In this document: piece by piece, positions 48,601 through 60,600 of the stretch
Position numbering within the stretch: position 1 is the stretch's first letter
Layout of the letters: every line of letters starts with the position of its first letter
Assembly (NCBI GenBank): GCA_002633005.1
Contig: NMRA01000135.1
Coordinates: 185,115-249,114, forward strand
DNA: 64,000 nt
Direction: 5' to 3'
Source: Phoronis australis
Lineage: Eukaryota; Animalia; Phoronida
Notes under the pieces: model-generated
The model's input: the letters and a program-made list of their open reading frames with translations, nothing else
The model's database searches: none
What the model was told of the DNA's origin: nothing
Translations under genes and position numbers: made by a program

Positions 48601-51600
48601 TTTTAGAATCTGTAGGAAATCCTATATTAGCTCATGTCGCGCATCAGCAGGGAAGGGGTGGTTTTGGGGTGAAAAGTGTCAGTTTATTTCTTTGCTCCTT
48701 TTTTAATCTTTCTTACTTTTCAATAGGAATGATAGGGTCAAAATAAAGTTTCTGTGGTCATTTGTAGCTCTTGTGATGTGAAATGACACGAAAGTTTTGA
48801 TTCTTTGTATACGATTTTCGACAGAGTGAAGAAAAGGTGATAAGTCCACTGATGTATGTTTTGCTATGCAAAACCCAGTGACAACTGTTCTTTGCTCAAG
48901 TGGTACATTTCATGATGGGGATGATGATTTCTTGCAGGCTCGAATATCCGTGAAAAGTAATCTGAATATGGAGGTCATGTTGCGGAGAGAACCCTATGGA
49001 GAAATGACATCTGAAGAAATCAGCCGATATAAATTCTGATGAAAGAGCACGTGTACCTGCTTTAAAGATGTTCGGCCAGAATGTGAGACACGACAGGGAA
49101 GTATAGCCGCCGGCAGACTCTCCGCTAATTGTCAGCCTGTTCCAATCAGCTCGTCCTATCTTCACCATATGAAGTGCTCCGTAAACAGCGTCTTCGTTGT
49201 CATATACACCCCATCTACGACGGGCGAGAAAACGGGCATTAATTTCATCACACAATGTGTTGGGATTAGAAACTGGCGTAATTTGAGCGAGCATGCTCAA
49301 ATGTTTTTTGGTAAACAGACGACATCACCGTATCGCCGATAGAAATTCAGGACTAGTGCAACTAAACATCAAAGTGCTTGTCATGCAACGTGAGCTGTGG
49401 CTTCACAAACCGAAGGGACCAAAATTGAAAATAAATGAGTTTCAGAATGCTACCTCTCATTATACCACGAACATTTATGGTTAGTAGTAATTCCCACTCT
49501 CATACCTTTGAGAGAACATACATTCGCACTGCATACTACGCAAACTCTTTCTTCTCATCTATTTTACTCTGGAATAGATTTCCACAGCATGCCATCTCAT
49601 CAGAAACAATTTTGAACCTCAACATTACTGAGTAAACAATAGAAACTGACACTAACCCGCACTTTATTTAGTTGTTATTTTCACAGTTATGCACAGTTCA
49701 GTTTATCACTAACATGCGCCAACATATAAGGATCGGTATTTCGATCGTTTGTTGAAAACTGGAAGAAGAAGAAGACGAAGAAGAAGACAAAGAAGAAGAC
49801 GAAGAAGAAGAAGAAGAAGACAAGTTACGTCAGGTTGCTGCACAGTACTCACTTTTTGTAAATTTTCTGCCGATATGACCTGCCTTGACCAGTACTACCC
49901 CTGTAGTTGACATCAAGTACTCCAAATCCACGTGACGTGAAGTATTGATAACGTGGATTCAGCACAGCATACGCTTGCGCAGTTGGACCACCATGTAACC
50001 GGACTAGTAATGGCGGCGAACTAGTGGCTGGGCCCGTGTAATTTTTGTTCTGCGACAGAAAACAAAGAAAAATGAGCAAGCACTAAACATTTTTAGTTGG
50101 TGTGGTATATGAGGTGAAGTCGAATAGTTTTTCGTAAAATCACACACTACTCGTCGAGAAGTTGAAACGCAGAAACTACTGTTTTACCGAATTTACCGAC
50201 ATTGAGGACGACTAGATCCCTTATATCCTTAAAACAAGGTAATTGCCTGTTTCCCTCATCAACCTTTTAAACTCTTAAACTGGGGCGGAGATGTTTAAGG
50301 TGTACATTTGACACATGTCTGTCCGTGATGACTCCAGAGCTATTTAATGATGCAAGTACATCGAATGATCGCCTTGTTAGCACTGTGTGACTAGTGCTCG
50401 ATACAGTATGACGCATCTGCTATTTCAAGAGGGGGGTCGCTTGGTTCCAATCCTGGGTACAGATTAGATGAACCTACTTCTGCTTCGCTATTGGTACTTT
50501 TAAGGAATTTTTCATAAAAGACCCTAATTGTTTGATTTAATTGTCCCTGAGTGCTTTCAGCTTTCTGTCCTCGGAACCAGACCTTTTCTTCGACATGTTT
50601 TCCGATTGTCGGCACTAAAATCGCAGTACGTATTGTGAGATATGATGAAGCAGATTGAACTATTTGCATTTATGTTTCCAGCGTGGACGACTCAAGTTTT
50701 GGTCCGTTGCATACCAAATTTATAGTGTTTCCCCTATTTTTTCTAATTTAATCGATTTCTTATGTTTTAGCTGGTATAACTATTTATGAAATTATTTGTG
50801 CTCCGCCAGTTCCCACCTCCGGGTCACCAATAACTGCCAGTCGTCGCCATTTCATCCCCCGTCGACAACAATTTCATCGTCCGTTTATCTTCCCTCGCTG
50901 ATCGGTGCCGCGAATTAATATATCTATAATATCTCCCTGTCCTTCGCCCAATACGCCTCTGTAAATCTTTACCCATAATTCGTGGAAGAACTCCCGTGGC
51001 CAAAAACTAGACTAGTGAAGCGAATTCGTAAATCTACAATAATGTTGCTTTGCACATTTCGACTCGAGTCGCATCTATAATTTTAACGGTGGTTTTCCTC
51101 TGCGGCTCAAGTACGTATGACTTGGATGTTGTTACTAATCAGGTGGTGATTGACTCTAGAATGAGTGTTTTTCTTAGTTCAAGAAAGAGAAATGATCTTG
51201 ACATGAAGCAAACCACAGACATCTATGGAACAAACCTTGGTAGGCGCAGACGACTGTAATAGAAAATCCTGTGCTCTACGATATATCTAAATCTTGACTG
51301 GGACGCTCATGTTCTGACAAACTTATATTTTTTCGGCCTCATATCTGATAATCCAACATCCAATCTCGGATCCACAAGGCACTTGTCTTGAACAACATAC
51401 ATGGTCGACGGATATTGTAGGCCAAGTGCGACGTAAGTCAAATTTATTCCAGAAATAATTCTTCAGCCAATCAGAAGCGAGAAAAAATTACTGTAGTAAA
51501 TATTTATTTCTGGAATAAATATTATTACAGCAATGAATATTTATTACTGGAATAAGTCAACCAATCAGAAAAGTACTAATCCCGCCAATAAGAAAAGTCG

Positions 51601-54600
51601 ACACATGCGTACTTTCTAGAAGCATGGCGCGTCTCATGGATCATGAAGAATTTCTGCAAAAGTTTAAGCGAGATGTTAACGAGTAATTATTCCTGGCATT
51701 TGATTGATTGATAAATTTTTATTACTGGAATAAATATCAATTACACTTATCATCCCTGGCTTCTGAATTGTTACTGAAATAAAACGCGAATTATTACTGT
51801 AACAAATAGGACTTACGTTGCACTTGGTTTACGATAGATGGAGAACGTTGTTTTGTTGTCTTGCGACTGATTAGCACCAGAAAAACACGAAGACTCTCTT
51901 CCCTCGCGCTAATCCGTCGTAAAATAACTAAAACAACGCGAACCGTCATGTACAGGGGAATAATAAAAAACTTTGATACACAGCCAAGTTTTATATGTAC
52001 AGTTTAATTTTGTTATTGCCCCCCCCCCGAACTGCGGTTTTGGCGTTCCTGTGGCGCCGTTTCATGGAGTCTCAGGTCCCCGGCCCCCTGCCAAACCCCA
52101 AACCGCCACTGTTTCTGACGATCGAGGCGACTCAGAGTTAATAGGCTGCCTTTGGGAACCACCTTGAACCGCTATCTTGTGACACTGAATGAAAAATGGC
52201 TGAAATCCATCCTTGGACCGTGTACTGGGAAAGAATACAAAACTAGCTATTACAGCGCCAAATGCAAATCGCGTATAGTACAAAAACAATCCCTCGTACA
52301 AGTACCTTGGGTGGGTAGTAAAACGCCGATACTATATCTTTGTTCTTAGTCTGAAACTGGACCTCTTCCGGAGTGCTGATGTAATCTTTGTCGATTTGCC
52401 TCGCCACGTCATTTCCTTCCCTTAAAACATGTACCTGCAAATAATCCCTACACACTAGAACATATTGGACAAAAGAAAAGATGAAAAACAACATGAATTT
52501 AACGCCCCTAAAACCAGCTTTCTGTCACGAAGACTGTCTAACTTTTGATTAAGAACATTTACCAAAATGAAATTGGTCTCAAATTTTCTTCAGTCAAAAT
52601 GGACGTGACTTCTGGGTTTGAAAAGAACCAAAAGTTCGTTATTGTTTGACTTGTCACGGCGTGTCATTTAACTTGCTCAACATGATTCCAGCAATAAGGA
52701 TCTTTCAGTTCTATACAGGATCAAAACCACTTCTCATCTGAGTAAGGAACTACTTGAGATTAATTTTACAGCGGTAAATTGTCTAAATCAAAAATTATTT
52801 TCTTCGACGAAACGAGTATTTGTAATCGTTTTCAAATAATTGATTTGTGCAAAAGTCCATGAAGTACCAATTTTTACTTATTGCCAAACATTAATATTAA
52901 ATAGACACAGTCAGTTTTGTGGTTAAAAACGTATTTTGGGGAGTTATTTTGTATGGGATCTACTTCTTGAAGTTATATTAACTTAGACTATGAGCTGCAA
53001 ATAGCAAAATCTATGGAATTTTTTTAGAAATGGACGATTCTCAAAAGGGCTTTCAATCGAAGTTAACTGAAATTGATGCGGATCAGCCAGCTATGCTGGG
53101 ATCACTGGCGGATTCTTTAGGAAAAGCATGAAACACCGTGACAGCGCGTGACGACCGGGAAGACAATGACGAAACCATAACGACTGTATCACAAGAAGCT
53201 TTCAGCACTGAAGTCTCGATGCCAAAAGGAAGCCACTTCTTGTTTAAATTCACTGATTTCTGGTTGGGTCGCTAGGTGTTTATGTTCGCGTATTGCGGAA
53301 GTCACCTCCGAACTCTCGTTTACCAATCGAGAATGAAAATGTTAAGAGTAGTAAAAGAATTCCTTTAAAGCTCCTTTTGCCCGCGTTCCGTCAAAAAAAC
53401 TGTAATTTAGGTCCCTTAACGGTGCAACACTAGTTTTGGCTAATAAATAGTTCACTGTTCAAAATTCTGAGCTTGGAACGAATTGGCATCATGTTATTTG
53501 TTGCTTGAGACAATACTTGGCGCTAAAAATACCTTGACGTCATAATATAACTTATTGGTCTGAATATATTCTAAAAGAAGGCTTAGTTTGTTTGGCGGAA
53601 GGCTGGTTCAAGCTTAGCAGCTTTAAAAATCTTGACAAGTTTGATGTGGTGTCATCTTGGGGCACAGCGTCAAATGCATTGGCCAGTATTGGTGACTTGA
53701 CACCTGACATTGCATACAACTTTAAGTTGCCATGGAGGCACGACCTGAAAATTTTGATACGCATGTTCTTGCAAGACTCCATGTGAAAGCGTCACCATGT
53801 TGCCGCCCGATTAAAGCACATTTTATGCTTTGTGCTTTTGTATTTCACGCCCCCTTGTCAGTGGTTACAAGATGATAATGTAAACTGTCTCAGGAGGTTC
53901 GCTTTGACAGTTTTCTGGGCCCTCGCTTTAGTTGGGGTTTTCAAATGCCCTGCACCTTGGATTTTTCTTAACGGCTGTGTGCGCATAAACATCCATATCA
54001 TGACTTTTGAGTCGTGCCCCAACACTAAGAATCGCTTTTATCAGTCAAAAAGGATAAGTTTCGTAGATACAAGATCCTAGCAAAAAGGCCCGATTACAAA
54101 AGACCACATAAAACCACTCGAATGAAATGCGAGTGTTTCGCAGCTTTTAAGTTTTTAAAATAGCATACTCTAGGTAGGAAAATATAGGCCGCTGATGTGA
54201 TTGGTCGGTGAGATTGGGATATTGAATTATGGGACAGAACTCAGTGTTTCCGTTCCATGAGCGAATATTTCTGGCCGCACGTGCAGCGCAAACGTCTTGG
54301 GTCTACTGTGCGCAGTCGGTGCCAGTGTTTTTGCTTACCGTTTTTTTCTGCACATCCACCCGTATTACTGCCGAAATTTTGTCGGTGCTGGCGGCCACGA
54401 CATAAACAATAGAACGTTTGCCATGCGTCACAATGTAATGGCGAGTGTACCCCGTGTTAATCAGCTCGTGCCTTCCTGATATGGCGTTTATCCTGTAAAG
54501 CAACTGCAGAAAAGAAACTACAATTGAATAAAACAGACGAATGTATCATTAACGCAAAATGTTTCTTGACGCAGAATTTTCGCGAGATCATCACCTGGTA

Positions 54601-57600
54601 TGCCAATTATCGCCACACAGGTTCACCGGTTTGTGGGTAGATTTTTATTCTTGCTACACGTCCCGAATAAATATTTTATGTATGAAAAATTTCCCTGGAG
54701 AAAGAATGGGTTAGGCACCTATGATTGCCGCTTGGGCTGCCCAAAATAGGGGGCTAGGGGGCGGGGGTTATAGCCCCACTTTTTTCAATGCTGCGCTGCT
54801 CATGCGACGTGAATGTCGATGTATCAAGAAACCAAGATATGCAGTTACGGCAATTTTATGAAACTGTTCTGATGATGATTGCGTTTTGGTGAAATTAGAA
54901 GACTAGCGTTTTCTTTTCTAGTTTTCTAGCGTGTTCGAATTTTAAAGCCATTGTAATTAGTTGTCAAACATTTAGTGAATCGCTGTTCTCCCTTTAGGCC
55001 TATTTTGGTTGCAACTTTTGTAAGATGACATGGCCAAGCGGTTAATGAGACGGAGCGACACCTGCTTGTCTTAACTACTTACCCCGTCAAAGATGGCTAC
55101 AATATAACGCAATTTGCCGTTTCTGATGGCGTACTGATAGTTGCCCAGAGTCCAGGGTGCCAGTGCGAGGTCGCTATTTTTCCGCAAAATATTTCTGTGA
55201 ACTCCGTCCTTTTGTACGTGATAAAGGTTCCACCAATTGGTCATATCGCTCACGTACACAAGCGTGTTGAGACTTGTCCACGTGGGTTGTAGGTTACTTC
55301 CACCACTCGCGACCTGAAAGATTATGTGTTAGTTGCATTCATCCTAAAATGGTTTCAATGAAGAAAAATGGAAAGAATGTGAAAATTCATGCACGTAGTC
55401 CCTAATGTATTTGCTAAGTCCACGGTGACTGATGTGTATTTCAATGTGTACAGGGAATTAGCACATCACTCAAGTTATGTAGGACCTCAGAAGAATGTCC
55501 AACTTTGGCCAACTTCGGAATATCATATCTCTGAAATGGGTGAACACATTCACAAGAAACTTCCAAATGCTACGCATTATTCAGTATTCTCCAAAACACT
55601 GACAGAAATTGTTTTGAAACTGTTCCACTGTTATATGATGGACTTACAAAAATAGGACTGTCATAAAGACAAAACGAAACAATATTTTACAAAACTGAAT
55701 ATTTACACGAAAAAACTTTTGATGATAGCGTTGTGCGGATATCAGTGTACCTTCCACTCTGGTTTGTTTTCTTAAAAGACATGGTCAAGTAACCTAATTA
55801 ATGGGAGGTTGGTAAAAAATCAAAAATAAAATTTTACAAGCGTTCTACGGTCAGAAAATATAATATACATTTACTGAGATAAAATGTATGCCATTGTAGA
55901 CATTTGGCTAAATAGACAGACTTGCGGGTAAGGTCCCACTTATCCCCATATAGTGTCAAAAACACTTTAAACTTACTTTTTTGAAGCTATCCTGTTTCAG
56001 GCTTAGCATGTCGTCGTTGAACTCGGCTGTCCACAGTTCTGTGTTGTCAAAAGCCTGTTTAAAGAAAACGAAAAAAAAATTGGATTTCTAGTGACAAAGA
56101 ACTCAAGAGTGTAACAAAATGAGTAGTGTTTCACCTGTTGTTATATTCATATCTTACCATGTCCGGACGATTCCATTGTATCCAAGCAAGTTTCTTTCCA
56201 TTTGGACTGATTCTTGGCCACAAGTAAAAATCTGCACCTCGAACCTGAAAATGATGCAGACGAATAAAAATACGAATCAAGTGAACGCAACTGACATCTT
56301 TGGTCATCGTCCCACGTCATTGGCACATATAAATTTCCATTGACGCACTGATTCCTTAGCTCGGGCCAATTCATTTTTAAAATTGTCCATTTTATCTGAA
56401 CATAAACACGAAACAGTTATCTTTGATTCTGCGCTGGAGTACACACATCAAGTCCGGGTATTGAAGTATAGAAATGTGAATAACAAAACTTGTCAGTTTG
56501 TAGTTCAAGTTCAGAGATTGGATGTCGGGCCATGCATGGGCTGACCGGATGTCTTACGAGCCATTAAAACTTTTTGCTAAATTTCCAGTTACATATCTGG
56601 GTAGAGTTCAATAGCGCTAGGACCTCGCTATAAAGCAAACCTTTGCGAGACTGCGCGAGATATTGCCGTTATTTTAAATGAGAGCACGTGATTTTAATTA
56701 GATTTTTCTCGCTGCGAGACAGCTACTGAACTCTACCCTGATCTACCATCTCTGTCGAGATACCATGTAAACGTTGCATATAGCCACGTTGTGAAGTTAT
56801 CCTTACCAGGACTTTCTGTTCCTTGTTGTCTGGGTTTATAACGACGATCGTGTTTTCTGCCTCATCCCGCTCTCCCGACTGTATAACGCCGTGATCCTCG
56901 CGAACTATAGCAATCCGGTTGATCTTAAAACAAGAGAGTACAATTTCATACCTTGCTATTACAATTGCCGGTGGTAATAGAGTTCATGTATTAGATCCCA
57001 TCTATGTGATAGATCAACCTTACTTGAGGTGATTATTTTCCTGACTGCATTCCCGGAGTCATACTAAAGGCAAGACTTAGAATATTGACCTGAAATCAGG
57101 GAAACTATATCGTCCCATTCATCTGGAATAATGGCATTTTCATCAGATGCGTTACGTAAATGCAAGGAAAACGTAAAAATCTGTATCCATCCAGCTTTCT
57201 GTAGACTCGAGAACCTCTCGAAAACGAAAGATCAACAATACTTCGCCATGCATTGCAAGCGGCCACATTAACTTTACTCGCGAGATTCTTGAACCTTCAG
57301 AACGCAGCCGCAGTCAGGGTATGCGGATGCACATGTCTGTTTCTCCGTACGGGAGTTCTATTATTAATTTTTACTACATATTTTGAATTGCAACTATCGA
57401 GGACTGAATCTACACTGTGGAAATTCTTCGTCGTGTCAAGGGCTTTGAAACCACGAAACAGCTTGTGGTACAGCGTAAATGGCGGTCACACATTGCAGTA
57501 ATGTGTTTTAAGGTACAGTGTACGATGCTTAACCAATATGTCAGAATTAAATGTTAACACCAACAAGGGAATTTATTTGCATACTCACACGAGTTCCATT

Positions 57601-60600
57601 CTCGTACTTCTGAAACGACAAACAAATTGTTACATTGACAGTAGGGTTTAAATCTTAATGAATTGAATTGTCGTTTTTACAAATGACAGTCTCGCGACTC
57701 ATTAGTTTGCGGTCAACTGGATTCAGTTAGCGTTGCCGTAGGCGACAGGAGCATTATGAAACCACTTTTGTGACTTTTAAATTAGGAGTGCATTTTTGTT
57801 TTGTTGTTTTTGATGTCACAAACCACTGTATCTTATAATACTAGTAAAAAGCCCCTCGTGAAATTTGACTTTTAAATTAATAGGCTAATTCATCAAATTA
57901 GACATGAGATAGAACAATAAAATTAGATGTTCATAAGGAGGGACAGTGCAAATAATATTTCCATAGGTTGAATTAAGTTAGTGAAAAACGTACAGCTCGT
58001 TATATTTCGTTACCGATACAAATTTACGGTTCGAGCCTTTGTATCTCCCACAAAATTAAAAAAATGGCGTTGGTCAGGTTTTTTAATTACATTTCCATGG
58101 AGAATTGGGGAGCAATTGCCACGAATGGTATTCGGTCATTCTTTGAAATTTTTTTAGTAAAAAACCCAGAAATTAGTCCCCTATTCTGTTTTACCCGGAC
58201 CCGGAAGTCCCGAAAGTTTCAGAGCACTGTCTTCCTTTTTGCAGTAAATACAGTTACCATTCAGACACATGAAAGGTATTTTAACGGGTATTTATGGAAT
58301 CTACGGTGCAAGAATATTGGAATTCTTATCCGCTCTGGGACAGGGTCAGTTGGGAATTCGTGATTTTGTGGAGAAAAATGGTCAAATCGCAATTTTTGGC
58401 ATCTCATTTTTTTCGGTAGACATTAGCTAGACAAGACGACATGGCTTGTTTTAATGCCCTTATCCTTGAGAAACCACATCTAGTGAACTTTCTGTAACTT
58501 ATCCATTTCTCGGATGTCTTGAGACAGTGAGGTAACGAGGGCTTTCGCTAAACGATTACGTAGAGATCAACAACTCGAATTGCGGTCTTTAGCTCTGTTC
58601 GTGATCAGGACTGGGTTCCATAAAACTTCAAAATTATCCGCTGGATAAGTTTGATCGTTGCGTGACGTCAGGTGCATTGTTCAACAATAACAACGTGACG
58701 CGTGATAATGCTAATGTTGCTATACGGCGTATAACTTTTATGCAACTGGGCCCTGGTGATGAAATTTTGAACCACGTAATTCTAAACATTGAAGTTGTAG
58801 CTAGAAATGCATCACGTAGCTGACACTGTCGCCAGCCAGGGTTAATTTGATTACACATTCACAACTGTTTTATAGATGTAAATTGGAATCACTCGTTTTT
58901 TAAACCAATAAACATATTACAATGATGACTAAAGACGTAGTTGGGCGGGATTTCGACAGTTATTAGGGTGTTTAAGCTTGTTATACGAAATTCGTAGGAA
59001 AATTTCATAAAAAAATCACTTTTCACGATCTGGACCTGATGATACTCCGTCATGTCAGATTTACCGCTAGGTGAGGTAAACTGCAATATATTCAGGAACG
59101 ATTGAATAACAAAGCCGTCTAGTATTCGATTGGTCTAAAGGTGTTCGACAGTGAGTAATCAAGTTGAGTAAACAGCGTACAAAGCAACAAACATGCAATA
59201 TCACCACCCCCATAGTACACTCATTGACCTCTCCGTCTATTTTTATACTCCCTGGAATTTCTGCTTGAGACATGCAAAAATTTCAGCTTATAAATGGCCG
59301 TCCTCTTTTGATAACTGCACTAATCCTTAACAGAGGGGGGAAACGGCTCGCTGCCTATACCATGTCTACCAAATCACACTGGTTACATTTTCACACATGC
59401 TATATCCTTTGCTCGCTTTCTCATTGAAAATGGCCAAAATTATCCCGTTGAAAATTCGTTGAAATTCTTAATTTTTGAAAGGCAAGTCCTAATGTCTATG
59501 TTAAATATCAAACGTGTTTTTGGATCTTAAGGTCAGATGCATAAAAATCATAATTATTCCTAACTTTTAACATGTCTCAATTTGACACAATTTTGCAAGA
59601 CTAGCATAAAAACGAAAACGAGGCTTATGCCAGAAAAAAACAAAGGTGACTTAGTGCATATCCAGTGGAAGAGCAAGCCCTCATAAAGTTTCACGAAAGT
59701 CTGTGGCGGTCGATGTAGAACCACCCGTAGCTGCTCTCAGAAATTGCTCGTATTTAACTGGTATAATTCACCGGCCATTGGTTTCAGCACAAGTTTTACA
59801 AGCAACGGCGAGAATTGGCGATACGTAACAAAACTCGAAAACACAACGCATTTTCTTGTTTGTTTTATTGCTCAGTTCAAAACTAAAAAACCTTCAAGAC
59901 GTCTATCTCATCCAACAGCAATGACAAACACGCCTTTTTCGGCCATTTTGAAAACCGATACTAACCCTGTAACCAATTGTTAAATATTTCACTAACATCA
60001 TAGCTTACAATTACGAAATGTTTATGTAGAAATCGAATTAACATTATATACCTTGGCGGGCGTGACGTTATCACCTATTTCTTACAAGTTTTATTCCTGT
60101 CATTTGCACGCACTTTGCGCACAGCTGCGGTCCCTGAATTCACCCATTACAATGGACAAGAAGTATAATGGTAAGGTCATTTTCGGGTCAATTGTACCCT
60201 TGCGGATAATGCCAATATAGTAACTTTTCAGCAATTTTGTGAACAGGCCACGCGAAAAAGAAACCTTTAGCAGACCGTGCGTTCTGTTGAATATCAAGCA
60301 TCCGTATTTGATGTATTAGATGTGTTTTTCAAATATTTTCTCCTCTCGCAAACATATTTCTTTACTCGCGCACGGACTAATCCTGCTCCCGCCTACAACT
60401 CCAATTTTGCATATTATGTTCATACCACCTGTCGATCACTTTTAGGTGTGTTTTGATCTTTTGAATGAGCGTTACGTGAAGGCTTTCACGCTCGTCTTCG
60501 CAATATGCTTTGTTTGTAAATGTCATTTATGATATCCATTTCAAGTATGGCCACGAATAAATGATATTCATCAATCTTACTCTCGCCCCCTTTCACGAAT

